Below are positions 1 through 9,364 of a stretch of DNA of 64,000 nucleotides, piece by piece. The DNA lies in assembly GCA_022821845.1 (NCBI GenBank), contig JAJECT010000034.1, forward strand, positions 3,038 to 67,037. Direction: 5' to 3'. The DNA is from Rhodothermales bacterium. Lineage in GTDB: Bacteria > Bacteroidota > Rhodothermia > Rhodothermales > VXPQ01. The position numbers were made by a program, and so were the translations under genes. Numbering within the stretch: position 1 is the first letter of the stretch; each line of letters begins with the position of its first letter. The notes under the pieces are model-generated. The model had not been told where the DNA came from and ran no database searches. It saw only the letters and a list, made by a program, of their open reading frames with translations.

Positions 1-248
1 AGAGCATCAGGCGATGGATTACTGTGCAAGAGCTTCGCGAGGCAATGCAAGCCCCTGAACTTATCGAAGATTATCCAGATGCCAAGTATGGCCCGAGTTG
101 CCTTATTCTGGGGTTCACAAACGCTGGACGCCCGCTACACATTCATTGCAGTCATGCGTCACGGGAGATCGTAAAAATCATTACGCTTTACGAACCATCG
201 CCGTCGATCTGGCTGGATTTCAAACACAGAAAAAAGACCCATGCGTGA
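1..248 (+). CDS. DUF4258-type small toxin-like protein, 5' end outside window
   Basis: The frame is open from position 3 with no stop before the listed start at 24, so the gene begins left of the window. The stretch GPSCLILGFTNAGRPLHIHCS...IITLYEP fits my recollection of DUF4258 toxins. It overlaps the next ORF by 8 nt. Confidence 0.55.
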   Translation, partial: SIRRWITVQELREAMQAPELIEDYPDAKYGPSCLILGFTNAGRPLHIHCSHASREIVKIITLYEPSPSIWLDFKHRKKTHA

Positions 249-468
249 CAACACCGACTGGGACGAGACGTTTGTCGAGGCAAAGGTCACCTATCATATC
301 GAAATCGACGGCACATCGATTCTTGTGCGGAATGTTCCTGCTCGGCTCAATGTCGAAACAGGAGAGCGGCTGTTCTCTCCCGAAATCGTCGAGCACTTGC
401 AGGAAATCGTTCGAAGTAAGCACCACCCCGTCCGCCTGATCGAGACGCCGGTGTACGAATACGCCTGA
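241..468 (+). CDS. YgiT/MqsA-N-terminal-like antitoxin partner lacking the zinc cysteines
   Basis: 75 aa. VTYHIEIDGTSILVRNVPARLNVETGERLFSPEIVEHLQEI follows the layout of YgiT-type zinc-finger antitoxins, but no CxxC pairs are present. It is translationally coupled to the upstream toxin-like ORF. Confidence 0.5.
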   Translation: MRDNTDWDETFVEAKVTYHIEIDGTSILVRNVPARLNVETGERLFSPEIVEHLQEIVRSKHHPVRLIETPVYEYA

Positions 469-592
469 CAGAGATTTGACCCGCCTGCACGGCGCGAACG
501 ACCCCCCTGTTTTCCCTAGCCCCAGGCAGCAACCGCGCTGTCCGCCCCGCGCCCGTCAGGCGGTATTACTCCGCATCAAGGCCGCGCATGGG

Positions 593-1150
593 CTACACGA
601 ACCACTTCAGCGCGGCAATGATCGCCCCCGCTATGCCTATCAAGCAAACGACAAGCCAGCGGGTTTGCGAATTTATTTTATCCGACAAGTCCGTTTTCAG
701 GTCTCCGATTTTCTCCGTCAGGCCTGTTTCTACACGTCCGATTTTCTCCGTCAGGCCTGTTTCCACGCGTCCGATTTCTTCCCGCAGGCCTGTTTCCACG
801 CGTCCGATTTTCTCCGTCAGGCTTGTTTCCACGCGTCCGATTTCCTTCCGCAGGCTTGTTTCTACCCGTCCGATTTCCTTCGTCAGGCTTGTTTCTACGC
901 GTCCGATTTCCTTCGTCAGGCCTGTTTCTACCTGTCCGATTTCTTTCGTCAGCTCCGTTTTCGCTTCGGCTATTTCGGCGCGGACAAAGTCCTGCGTAGC
1001 CGGTCCAGGGCCTGGATTCTGTGCCATGTTCTGCACCTTGTCGTGGGTTGCTGTCTTTCCTGTACGCGCTTCAGGGGCGGGCATGTTCCGCTTCAAGGGT
1101 TGTTTGCCTCCCGCGCCTTGTGCGGGATTGTGGAATCTTCTCGGGTACAT
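593..1150 (-). CDS. Tail-anchored coiled-coil protein made of about 9 tandem 11-residue repeats
   Basis: The repeat KEIGRVETxLT is iterated and in frame. A C-terminal hydrophobic helix WLVVCLIGIAGAIIAALKWFV follows. The start is uncertain (ATG at 1150 or internal Met residues). Confidence 0.6.
   Translation of the reverse strand: MYPRRFHNPAQGAGGKQPLKRNMPAPEARTGKTATHDKVQNMAQNPGPGPATQDFVRAEIAEAKTELTKEIGQVETGLTKEIGRVETSLTKEIGRVETSLRKEIGRVETSLTEKIGRVETGLREEIGRVETGLTEKIGRVETGLTEKIGDLKTDLSDKINSQTRWLVVCLIGIAGAIIAALKWFV
689..952. repeat. 33-bp tandem repeat, about 8 units (unit like gcctgtttccacgcgtccgattttctccgtcag)
   Basis: Units read directly at 722-754, 755-787, 788-820, 821-853, 854-886, 887-919 and 920-952, plus a degenerate unit at 689-721. 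The array lies inside the 593..1150 CDS and encodes its 11-aa repeat. Confidence 0.9.
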
Positions 1151-1219
1151 AAGGCTTTCGTATGGTCATTGTCCATATCGTTGAGGTTGCGATATTGCCG
1201 GAGTGCGGGGGCAACGTTT

Positions 1220-1522
1220 TCAGGCGTCGTCCCGCCGGAAAACCAGGGGCTCGTCCGCAGGCTTGAGCGTTGCGTCCTCCTCGACCGGAGACGGGCGTTC
1301 GATCCTGATTCGGGTTTCGATTACGGCCAACCGCTCCCGAACGTCGGACAGGGTCTCATTCACCTCGTCGATGCGCCCGGACAGGGTTTCGTTGACCGCG
1401 TCGATGCGCCCGGATATTTCCCGTAAATCCGCCCGAATACCGGAATAAAAGCCCAGCAGCAAGAGGCCGAACGTAGCTAACGGGACGTAAGGAAGCACGT
1501 ATTGCTTTAGCCAGTCTTTCAT
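1220..1522 (-). CDS. N-terminally membrane-anchored protein with 11-residue repeats
   Basis: TM segment YVLPYVPLATFGLLLLGFY is followed by ISGRIDAVNETLSGRIDEVNETLSDVRERLAVIETRI. A strong Shine-Dalgarno GGAGGGAGG lies immediately upstream of the ATG at 1522. It sits in tandem with the 593..1150 gene. Confidence 0.6.
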   Translation of the reverse strand: MKDWLKQYVLPYVPLATFGLLLLGFYSGIRADLREISGRIDAVNETLSGRIDEVNETLSDVRERLAVIETRIRIERPSPVEEDATLKPADEPLVFRRDDA

Positions 1523-1786
1523 TTTCCTCCCTCCTGTTTTTGTTGTTGATCTGGAACGCTTGAAAGATACGCCCGGATCGCCGCCTCCGCAAGGCCCTGC
1601 CAGGGGCGTTACAATTTTTTACATTTGGGAAAATGGGGATGTCGCTCGCCCGGCTCGCTTGACGAACGCCTGTGAGTTCAATCCTGAAATTTTGTAAAAA
1701 TAAAATTTGAATTCATAAAATATAAATTATATTTTTATATTTGCACATAACACAAACCGCGAACCAGGAAACGAATCCCCCACGCG

Positions 1787-3031
1787 ATGGTCGAGCGAAA
1801 TCTGAACAAAACAATCCTGGAGGCTTTGCGGGCTTTCCCGGTCGTATATGTGGCCGGTCCGCGACAAGCGGGCAAAAGTACGCTGGCGTTAAGGCTTGCT
1901 GCGAACGAATGGCCTGCGGACTACGCGACGTTCGACGAGGCCACCATGCTGGGCGCAGCGTACGCCAACCCCAAAAGTTTTCTTCGCGCCTGGGAAGGTC
2001 TCCTCGTCCTTGACGAAGCGCAAAGGGCGCCGGGGCTGTTCCGCGCCCTCAAAGAAATAGTCGACGAGGCTCGCTTCAGGAACAAGCTAACCGCAAACGG
2101 CCAGTACCTGCTGACCGGGTCCGCGCATATCCTGGCCCTGCCCGAATTGGCGGGCGCGCTGGTGGGTCGCCTGCGCGTCCTGACGCTCTACCCGCTGTCC
2201 GCGCTGGAAGTTTCGGGCGGCGCGGGCAGTTTCCTGCCTTGCCTTATGGAGAATCGTTTTCGTCCGGGCGCGATACGAAGAAACGGGTCCTTGGCGGACA
2301 TGATCCAGCGCGCCACTTTTCCTGAGATTTCGACGCAGGACGAAAGCGTTCGTCGGGGCTGGTTTGAAAGTTACATAAGCGCCATTCTGCAAAGAGACGT
2401 ACGGCAGATCGCGGATATCGCAAAGTTGGGCGTATTGCCGAACCTGCTCAAGACGCTCGCGGGTCGAGCGGGGGGCCTGGTCAATGAAGCCGATATTGCA
2501 AGAATGATCGGGCAGAACCCCGTAACGGCCAAAAACTACCGCGTTCTACTGCAAATGCTGTTCCTGACGATGGACGTAAAGCCCTGGTTTCGCAATATTG
2601 GCAAGCGTTTGGTCAAATCGCCGAAAAACTATCTTGTCGATACCTCGCTGCTTTGTCATTTGCAGCGAATCGACCTTGCGGAGTCTGAAATCGTCGATCC
2701 GCACAGATTCGGACAGGTTCTGGAAAACTTTGTCGCTACGGAATTTGTCAAGCAGCTATCCGCGTCAGGGGATAGCGCTGCGTTGCATCATTTCAGAACG
2801 AGCGACGGAAAAGAAGTAGACTTTGTACTGGAAAGTCCAGACGGAAAGTTGGCGGCGGTCGAGGTTAAAAACCGGGACGTCGCAACAGAAAACGACTTCA
2901 AGGGATTAAAAATATTGCGCCAGCGAACACAGGAAGATTTTGTCTGTGGAATCGTGCTTTATCGAGGCGACCGAGTGGTTCCCTTCGATAATAATTTATG
3001 GGCGGTTCCGATCCACGCGATGTGGTTGTAA
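1787..3031 (+). CDS. AAA-type ATPase with DUF4143-like C-terminal domain
   Basis: Walker A GPRQAGKST, Walker B-like LLVLDEAQ, and a C-terminal restriction-endonuclease-like tail (DGKEVDFVLE...AVEVK) typical of the AAA_14/DUF4143 family. Confidence 0.85.
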   Translation: MVERNLNKTILEALRAFPVVYVAGPRQAGKSTLALRLAANEWPADYATFDEATMLGAAYANPKSFLRAWEGLLVLDEAQRAPGLFRALKEIVDEARFRNKLTANGQYLLTGSAHILALPELAGALVGRLRVLTLYPLSALEVSGGAGSFLPCLMENRFRPGAIRRNGSLADMIQRATFPEISTQDESVRRGWFESYISAILQRDVRQIADIAKLGVLPNLLKTLAGRAGGLVNEADIARMIGQNPVTAKNYRVLLQMLFLTMDVKPWFRNIGKRLVKSPKNYLVDTSLLCHLQRIDLAESEIVDPHRFGQVLENFVATEFVKQLSASGDSAALHHFRTSDGKEVDFVLESPDGKLAAVEVKNRDVATENDFKGLKILRQRTQEDFVCGIVLYRGDRVVPFDNNLWAVPIHAMWL

Positions 3032-3061
3032 AAGAGGTGGTTATAAAATAACCCCGCCTCC

Positions 3062-4288
3062 CTACCCATCTCCCTCCGCCTCGCGCTCCCGCATTTCTTC
3101 CACCTCCACCGTCACGCTCCATTCGGGATGCGTGGCGGGCGCCGTCACCACGTTGAGCGCCTCGAAAACCAGTTCGTGCCGAAACCCCCGCTCGCCCGTC
3201 TTCACCTCTATCCAGGTAACGTCGCGCGGCTTCAGGACGAGCAGGTCTGTTGCATTGTTAAAAGTATATTCCGACCGGTTGCGCAGCGTAAACGGCGCGT
3301 CGGACGCATTCTTTATCGCCACATGCAGCACCGAAGTATTTTTGCCGTACTCGGCGGCCTGGATCGAGAGCGACGCATCGATCAGCGGGAGTACGCGCTC
3401 CGCTCTGCCGACCAGAATGTCCTTGTACCACGCCACGGTGCGCCGCATTCGGAGCGCCTCGGCAATGGCTTCGACAGAACGCTCCGTCGCAAAAACAAGC
3501 GTAGCGGACCGGTGGCCGCCTCCATGGACGTCGAATGTCCAGTCGATCAGTCCATGAATGTCCGACGTGCCAAGAATGGTCAGATTATAATCGAGGGCGA
3601 TCTGAAGCGCTTCCTCCGAATACCACGCTTCGTTGACCACCTCTATGCCGTGCAGCAACCCCTCGTCTATGAACTGCCGGTGGATGTCGGCGAGTTCCGC
3701 GATCCCGTCCGGTTTTTGCGCCGGATAACTCGGATGATTCCAGAATACGAACGCGCCTTGCCGGTTGGCTTCGCGGACCGCGTCCGCAACGGAGTCCGTC
3801 AGCACGGGATTCACATCCTCCAGAAAGATGGCGTTCATATGGCCCGGCGGCATGGCCCGCGTAATTTCCGCGCCCCGCAGCACGAGCAGCGGCTCGTCCG
3901 CGTCTTCTCCCTCTCCTCCTTGGTCCGCCTGTTCGCCTTCCGCTTCTTCCCGTTCGTTCTCCGCCATTCTTTCTGCCACCCTCGCCGCCAGGTCGTAGCT
4001 CCGGTTGCGGTCCGGATGGGGAATGTCCGCGATGTGCGGCTGGTATTCGAGGTGATCTGTAATGGCGAGGCAATCCAGCCCGTCGCGCAGCGCTTCCTCT
4101 ACCCGGATATTGGGCCAAACGCTCCCGTCAGAGAACACCGTGTGCGTGTGAAAATCGCAAACCAGCGTATGGTATCCCGGCACGTCCGGAAACTCGATAA
4201 GGCGATCTGTCGCGGCGTCCTCCGCATGTTGCGCCGCAGCACCGGAAACAAGCCCGAGAAACACGAAAAGACAGAGAAAGCGTCGCAT
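3062..4288 (-). CDS. Secreted PHP-domain phosphoesterase
   Basis: Signal peptide MRRFLCLFVFLGLVSGAAAQ. PHP metal motifs CDFHTHTVFSDG and ITDHLEY, with later histidine clusters. The start is taken at the Met that gives a canonical signal peptide; the ORF is open to 4333. Confidence 0.8.
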   Translation of the reverse strand: MRRFLCLFVFLGLVSGAAAQHAEDAATDRLIEFPDVPGYHTLVCDFHTHTVFSDGSVWPNIRVEEALRDGLDCLAITDHLEYQPHIADIPHPDRNRSYDLAARVAERMAENEREEAEGEQADQGGEGEDADEPLLVLRGAEITRAMPPGHMNAIFLEDVNPVLTDSVADAVREANRQGAFVFWNHPSYPAQKPDGIAELADIHRQFIDEGLLHGIEVVNEAWYSEEALQIALDYNLTILGTSDIHGLIDWTFDVHGGGHRSATLVFATERSVEAIAEALRMRRTVAWYKDILVGRAERVLPLIDASLSIQAAEYGKNTSVLHVAIKNASDAPFTLRNRSEYTFNNATDLLVLKPRDVTWIEVKTGERGFRHELVFEALNVVTAPATHPEWSVTVEVEEMREREAEGDG

Positions 4289-4390
4289 GGGAATACGTTG
4301 CATAGTCAGGAGATGATGTACCATGGCGGCCATGGGGGTTGCGGGATGCGCGAAGGGGCATGCGCCAGAACGCTCCCGTCTCGTTGAAAA

Positions 4391-4804
4391 TTATTCCGCG
4401 TTTTCGACAAAGGCGTAGCGCAAGGCGAGCGTATGTACGCCTTCCGCCGTACGGGCGATTTCCATTTCGCCCCGGAGGCCGGTTAATTCGCCCGTACCCG
4501 ACCCCGGCACCACATTTCCGAACGAACGCGGCGGCGTGTCCGGCCCCATAATGCCGCCGTGTTGCAACACGAACGTACCGGATCGTCCCGCCAGTACGCC
4601 GGTAACCCGCTCCGAAACCACATAACCCGCCCCGGCTTCCGGGTCGCTCAGCCCGCAAAACAGGCCTTCGCCCGCGCTTTCCCCGTCGAGGTCCCCCTGG
4701 AATTTCTTCCGAATGGCCACCCGGACGAGCGCGGGGCCTTCCGCAGGGTCGTCGCCGGGCGAGGGCTCCCATCCCGTGACGTCGAATGTACACTTGGCTT
4801 CCAT
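4391..4804 (-). CDS. DUF3224 domain protein
   Basis: MEAKCTFDVTGWEP...GRSGTFVLQHGG...VVPGSGTGELTGLRGE matches the DUF3224 pattern. The start is set at MEAK (ATG at 4802-4804). Confidence 0.75.
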   Translation of the reverse strand: MEAKCTFDVTGWEPSPGDDPAEGPALVRVAIRKKFQGDLDGESAGEGLFCGLSDPEAGAGYVVSERVTGVLAGRSGTFVLQHGGIMGPDTPPRSFGNVVPGSGTGELTGLRGEMEIARTAEGVHTLALRYAFVENAE

Positions 4805-4912
4805 ATTGAACTGCGTTGATCGGGCGTGCGGACGCAAAAAATATACATTACTCTGCGTTTATGATTTTAAGGATGCGCTTAATTTTATGGATTTCGAATC
4901 GGGTCCATGATC

Positions 4913-4980
4913 TCTATTTATAGGGAGTTTATCCTAATTTATAAAAAACGGATAAGTTTCCTAAACTTCCTATAAATACA
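4913..4980. repeat. AT-rich imperfect nested palindrome
   Basis: tctatttatagggagttt pairs with the reverse complement of aaacttcctataaataca. An inner ttatcc/ggataa pair is also present. It lies between the DUF3224 gene start and the 3' side of the tRNA. Confidence 0.6.
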
Positions 4981-5082
4981 GATCGACCATGGGGCGGAAC
5001 TGCCGCCCGGCACGCCACCCGTTCCGTCCGGCGCCCGGCAGGACGCCTGTTCCGTCCCCGCCGAGACATTAGCCAAAAAAAG

Positions 5083-5155
5083 TGGGCCCGGTAGGGTTCG
5101 AACCTACGGCCAATGGATTATGAGTCCACTGCTCTAACCGCTGAGCTACGGGCCC
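5083..5155 (-). tRNA. tRNA with CAU anticodon (Met, or lysidine-type Ile2)
   Basis: The reverse complement GGGCCCGTAGCTCAGCGGTTAGAGCAGTGGACTCATAATCCATTGGCCGTAGGTTCGAACCCTACCGGGCCCA folds as a cloverleaf. It has a 7-bp acceptor stem, a CTCATAA anticodon loop and a GGTTCGAA T-loop. The D-loop and variable region resemble Ile2-type tRNAs. Confidence 0.9.
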
Positions 5156-5250
5156 GGATACGCAGGTAACGCATGTACGAACAGGTATGAGGCGGAAGCT
5201 GCTATAACCCGCTCTGGCCTCCTGCGGTTCTGCGGGGCGGCGCGATTTCG

Positions 5251-6198
5251 CTACCCTCCGAATGCGTTCCGCAGTAGCGCCAGGCTCTTTGGAATCGCCG
5301 CGCCGGGGTCTTCCTTCCCCTCGAATTCCAGCGAAACATAGCCCCGAAACCCGGCGTCGCGCATGATGTTCGCAATGCGGTCGTAATCCAGGTCGAGCGT
5401 ATACCAGGTGCCGCCGCCGTAATACGTCTTGGCCTGCACAAGCACTGCGTACGGCGCCAGCATGGCCAGTTTGTCGTACGGGTCCTCCAGAAAATTGCCC
5501 GTATCGAGGGTCACCTGAAGCCAGGGCGAGTCGATGGCGCGCACGATGCGGAGCACGCCCTCGGGCGTACGCCCAAGCCCCCAGTGGTTCTCCAGTCCCA
5601 GCACCACGCCCCGCTCCGCGGCGTGCCCGACGCAGGACCCGATGGCGTCAATGACCCATTCGAACGCCTCCTCGTCCGTATGTCCTTCCAGCGGCGGCTC
5701 AATGCCCCTGTTGGCCATCAAAGCGTCGAAAGATTCGCTCGTGCCCCAGCGCCCCGTATTGATGCGCATGGTGGGAATCCCCAGCGCGGAGGCGAGATCG
5801 ATCTGGCGTTTGGTTCTGTCCACGTTCTCCTGCCGCTTTGCCGCATCCGGCGAGACGAAGCCCTGGTGGGTTGAAAATCCCATCAGGTCCAGGCCCGCCT
5901 CTATGGCCTTGCGCTTTAGCATTTGCAAGTGGGCGTTCTCTTCGGACCCCATCTGAACATGGAGAATCTCCACGCCGTCGAAACCCATCTCCGCCGCCTG
6001 TTCGATGCAGGAAGCGATCGGGTACTTTTCCCGGTCTCCGTCGAAGCGCCAGAACGAATACGTGGATACGCCGATCCGGTTGCCCGGCTTGCGGCCCAGT
6101 TCCGCCATCGGAGCAAGGGCTTTGGCGGGCGCGGCGGCGCCCCATCCAAGCAGTCCCCCCGCCACGGCGGCGCGGCGGAAAAAATCCCTACGGTGCAT
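5251..6198 (-). CDS. Sugar phosphate isomerase/epimerase (xylose-isomerase-like TIM barrel) with Tat signal
   Basis: Twin-arginine leader MHRRDFFRRAAVAGG, with GFDGVEI, LGLENH and SLEFEG motifs. The start is set at MHRRDFF (ATG at 6196-6198). Confidence 0.85.
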   Translation of the reverse strand: MHRRDFFRRAAVAGGLLGWGAAAPAKALAPMAELGRKPGNRIGVSTYSFWRFDGDREKYPIASCIEQAAEMGFDGVEILHVQMGSEENAHLQMLKRKAIEAGLDLMGFSTHQGFVSPDAAKRQENVDRTKRQIDLASALGIPTMRINTGRWGTSESFDALMANRGIEPPLEGHTDEEAFEWVIDAIGSCVGHAAERGVVLGLENHWGLGRTPEGVLRIVRAIDSPWLQVTLDTGNFLEDPYDKLAMLAPYAVLVQAKTYYGGGTWYTLDLDYDRIANIMRDAGFRGYVSLEFEGKEDPGAAIPKSLALLRNAFGG

Positions 6199-6513
6199 AC
6201 TGTTTTGCGTCTTGTGGTTCGTATTGGCGGTCGGTTGTTGCGTGTCCGTTACGGGTACGTCCGGGGCCGCGCCATGTTCGCGCGCCTTGCGAACGGCCCA
6301 CGCTTCCGCATCGCCTTGCAAGCAGATCCGGCCCCGTTTGCAAAAAACGGGTTAATAATCTGAATTTTTGGATGTTTTTTCGCGGATTTCCCTAAATTAG
6401 TTAAGAGACTTGTGCCTTATTGGCCAAGTTATTTGCCCATTCAGGCATCATGACCGCCGGGCAGATCATTGCGTACCCCAATCCCTTTGCCCTTTAAAAC
6501 GCCATGAAACGCC

Positions 6514-6990
6514 ATGTACCGAATCGACGAAATCGATGTTACCATTCTTAATCTGCTGCAAGACAGCGGACGAATGAAGCGCAACGCCATCGCCGAAATC
6601 GTAGGGCTGTCCGTGCCCTCGATCAGCGAGCGCATGCGCAAACTGGAAGAACGCGGGGTCATCACGGGCTATCACGCCGTGCTTGCGCCCAAGCGATTTC
6701 ACATCGACATCACTGCTTTTATCCGCGTCACCGTGGACGGATCCGCAAACTACGACAACTTCGTGAACGAGGCCCTCGTTTTCCCGGAAGTACAGGAGGT
6801 GCACTCCATTACCGGAGAAGGAAGCCACCTGCTCAAGGTGCGCGTAGCGAACACCACCAACCTCGAACAGCTGCTCGGGAAAATTCAGTCGCTGCCGGGC
6901 GTGCACAACACCTCAACCAACATCGTGCTGAGCACATTCAAGGAATCGAGGCACATCAGGCCGTACACCACCGACATCGCGGAAAATTAA
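6514..6990 (+). CDS. Lrp/AsnC family transcriptional regulator
   Basis: HTH IDVTILNLLQDSGRMKRNAIAEIVGLSVPSISERMRKLEERGVI followed by an AsnC-type ligand domain. Confidence 0.9.
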   Translation: MYRIDEIDVTILNLLQDSGRMKRNAIAEIVGLSVPSISERMRKLEERGVITGYHAVLAPKRFHIDITAFIRVTVDGSANYDNFVNEALVFPEVQEVHSITGEGSHLLKVRVANTTNLEQLLGKIQSLPGVHNTSTNIVLSTFKESRHIRPYTTDIAEN

Positions 6991-7100
6991 AGGACCCCGC
7001 CCGCCGAAGCGCTTTCGATCCGGGTTCCTTCCACGCTTTTAACTGCGAGGACCTGCCTCGCACGCCTTAGTACCCTCCACCACCAAAACACGAGAACGCT

Positions 7101-9278
7101 ATGTCCAGGTTAATGGACGATTACAACGTAAAAGCCGCCACCAAATTCGTACAGAGCGCCAAATCGCCGCCGCTTCCCATAGATATCGAGAAAATCTTCG
7201 GGGAGAACGTTTTTGGACTGGAGGCCATGAAAAGCCGCCTTCCAAAGAAGGTCTACGAACGGCTTCTCGCCACCATCGAAAACAACGAACCGCTGGATCC
7301 GACCGTAGCGGACACCGTAGCGACCGCCATGAAAGAATGGGCCCGGGAGCGCGGCGGAACGCACTTTACGCACTGGTTCCAGCCCCTGACCGGTTCGACC
7401 GCCGAAAAGCACGACAGCTTCATCACCCCCAACAAGGGCGGCGGAGCCATCGCGGAATTTTCCGGGAGCAACCTGATACAGGGGGAGCCGGACGCATCGA
7501 GTTTCCCAAGCGGCGGCTTGCGCCCCACCTTCGAAGCGCGCGGCTATACGGCATGGGACCCTACGTCGCCCGCCTTTCTCATCGAGAATGAGAATGGAGC
7601 CTACATGTCGATCCCCACGGCGTTTACGTCCTGGACCGGCGAGGCGCTGGACTACAAGATTCCGCTGTTGCGCTCCATCGCGGCGCTGGACGTAGCCGCC
7701 CGCCGCGCCCTCGCGCTGTTTGGCGTAGACGACGTGCGCAACGTGTATTCCACGGTCGGCGCCGAACAGGAATACTTCCTGATCGACGAGGAATATTATT
7801 ACCGCCGTCCGGACCTCGTAACGACGGGCCGCACCCTGCTCGGCACCAAGCCGCCCAAGGGGCACGAGCTGGACGATCATTATTTCGGGACGATCGAAGA
7901 CCGGGTGCTGTCGTGCATGCTCGATGCGGAACGCGAACTGTACCGCCTTGGGGTGCCCGTCAAAACGCGCCACAACGAAGTCGCGCCAAGCCAGTACGAG
8001 ATCGCGCCGATCTTCGAAAACTCGAACCTTGGCGCCGATCACCAGCACCTGATCATGCTCATGCTGCAAAAGACGGCCCGCAAGTACGGCCTCGTCTGCC
8101 TGCTGCACGAGAAGCCTTTCGACGGACTGAACGGATCGGGCAAGCACAACAACTGGTCCATGTCCACGAACACGGGCCTGAACCTGCTGGACCCGGGAGA
8201 CGATCCTTCCCAGAACCTGCGGTTCCTGTTCTTCTGCGCCGCCGTAATCCGGGCGGTGTTCAAGCACCAGGACCTTTTGCGCATCGCGGTGGCGACCGCC
8301 GGCAACGATCATCGCCTGGGCGCCAACGAAGCGCCCCCGGCCATTTTGAGCGTTTTCCTCGGCGAGGCCCTGTACGACATTTTCGACAAGATCGCGCAAG
8401 GCGCGGCCATGTCGAACAAGGAAGGGGGTTTCCTCGGTCTCGGAACCCCGGTGCTGCCTCCCTTGCCGCGTCACTCGGGCGACCGCAACCGTACGTCCCC
8501 GTTCGCTTTCACGGGCAACAAGTTCGAATTCCGCGCCGTCGGGTCCAATCAGACGATCTCGTTCGCGAACACGGTGCTCAACGTCGCGATGGCGGAGGCG
8601 CTGGACGAACTTTCCTCGAGCGTGCAAGCCCAGCTGGACGGCGGCGCAGCCTTCGAAGACGCCATAGCGCAGGCGCTTCGGGAATCCACGCTGGAAACGA
8701 AAGCCATCCTGTTCGAGGGGGACAACTACTCGGGCGACTGGCACGACGAAGCCGAACGCCGCGGCCTGCTGAACTTGCGCACGACCGTCGACGCGCTCGA
8801 AAGAATGCTCGACGAGAAAAACGTAGCGCTTTTCGACAAGGCGAACGTCCTTTCCGAGACGGAGCTCCGCAGCCGGTACGAAATCTGGCTTGAGCAGTAC
8901 GTCATTACGGTCAATATCGAAGCGGAAACCACGCAGGCCATGGCCGAAACGATGGTGCTTCCCGCCGCGGCGAAGTACTTCGGGGAATTAACGGCGACGG
9001 CGGCGCAAGCCAAAGAGATCGGCGTTTCTTCCTCGGGGATGGCGGCGACGGCGTCCGCAACCGGCGCCCTCATCGACGAACTGCGCGAAGCCATCGACCA
9101 GTTGAAAGCGGTGAACATGACCCATATCGAAGATGGGCATGCCCACGCCGTACATATGCGCGACAAGGTCATTCCGGCCATGGACGCCGTGCGGCTCGCA
9201 TGCGACAAACTCGAACGGGCGGTGCCGAACGAATCCTGGCCGGTGCCGACGTACCGGGAAATGCTGTTTATCCGATAA
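7101..9278 (+). CDS. glnN: Glutamine synthetase type III
   Basis: 725 aa. The N-terminus [16 protein letters not shown]...FGENVF and the catalytic core ([25 protein letters not shown]) are characteristic of GSIII. Confidence 0.95.
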   Translation: MSRLMDDYNVKAATKFVQSAKSPPLPIDIEKIFGENVFGLEAMKSRLPKKVYERLLATIENNEPLDPTVADTVATAMKEWARERGGTHFTHWFQPLTGSTAEKHDSFITPNKGGGAIAEFSGSNLIQGEPDASSFPSGGLRPTFEARGYTAWDPTSPAFLIENENGAYMSIPTAFTSWTGEALDYKIPLLRSIAALDVAARRALALFGVDDVRNVYSTVGAEQEYFLIDEEYYYRRPDLVTTGRTLLGTKPPKGHELDDHYFGTIEDRVLSCMLDAERELYRLGVPVKTRHNEVAPSQYEIAPIFENSNLGADHQHLIMLMLQKTARKYGLVCLLHEKPFDGLNGSGKHNNWSMSTNTGLNLLDPGDDPSQNLRFLFFCAAVIRAVFKHQDLLRIAVATAGNDHRLGANEAPPAILSVFLGEALYDIFDKIAQGAAMSNKEGGFLGLGTPVLPPLPRHSGDRNRTSPFAFTGNKFEFRAVGSNQTISFANTVLNVAMAEALDELSSSVQAQLDGGAAFEDAIAQALRESTLETKAILFEGDNYSGDWHDEAERRGLLNLRTTVDALERMLDEKNVALFDKANVLSETELRSRYEIWLEQYVITVNIEAETTQAMAETMVLPAAAKYFGELTATAAQAKEIGVSSSGMAATASATGALIDELREAIDQLKAVNMTHIEDGHAHAVHMRDKVIPAMDAVRLACDKLERAVPNESWPVPTYREMLFIR

Positions 9279-9364
9279 TCCGCAGCGCGGGCGGGCCGGA
9301 CGCTTTGCCACCGCGCAGGCGCCCGGCCCGCAAGCGCCCGTCGGTCCTGAACGCTTGCGATAGA

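Noticed and set aside
689-952. A regular 33-bp repeat array that could be mistaken for a CRISPR array
   Set aside because: The units are directly adjacent with no unique spacers. The period is a multiple of 3, and the units lie in frame inside an ORF encoding an 11-aa protein repeat. No cas genes are nearby.
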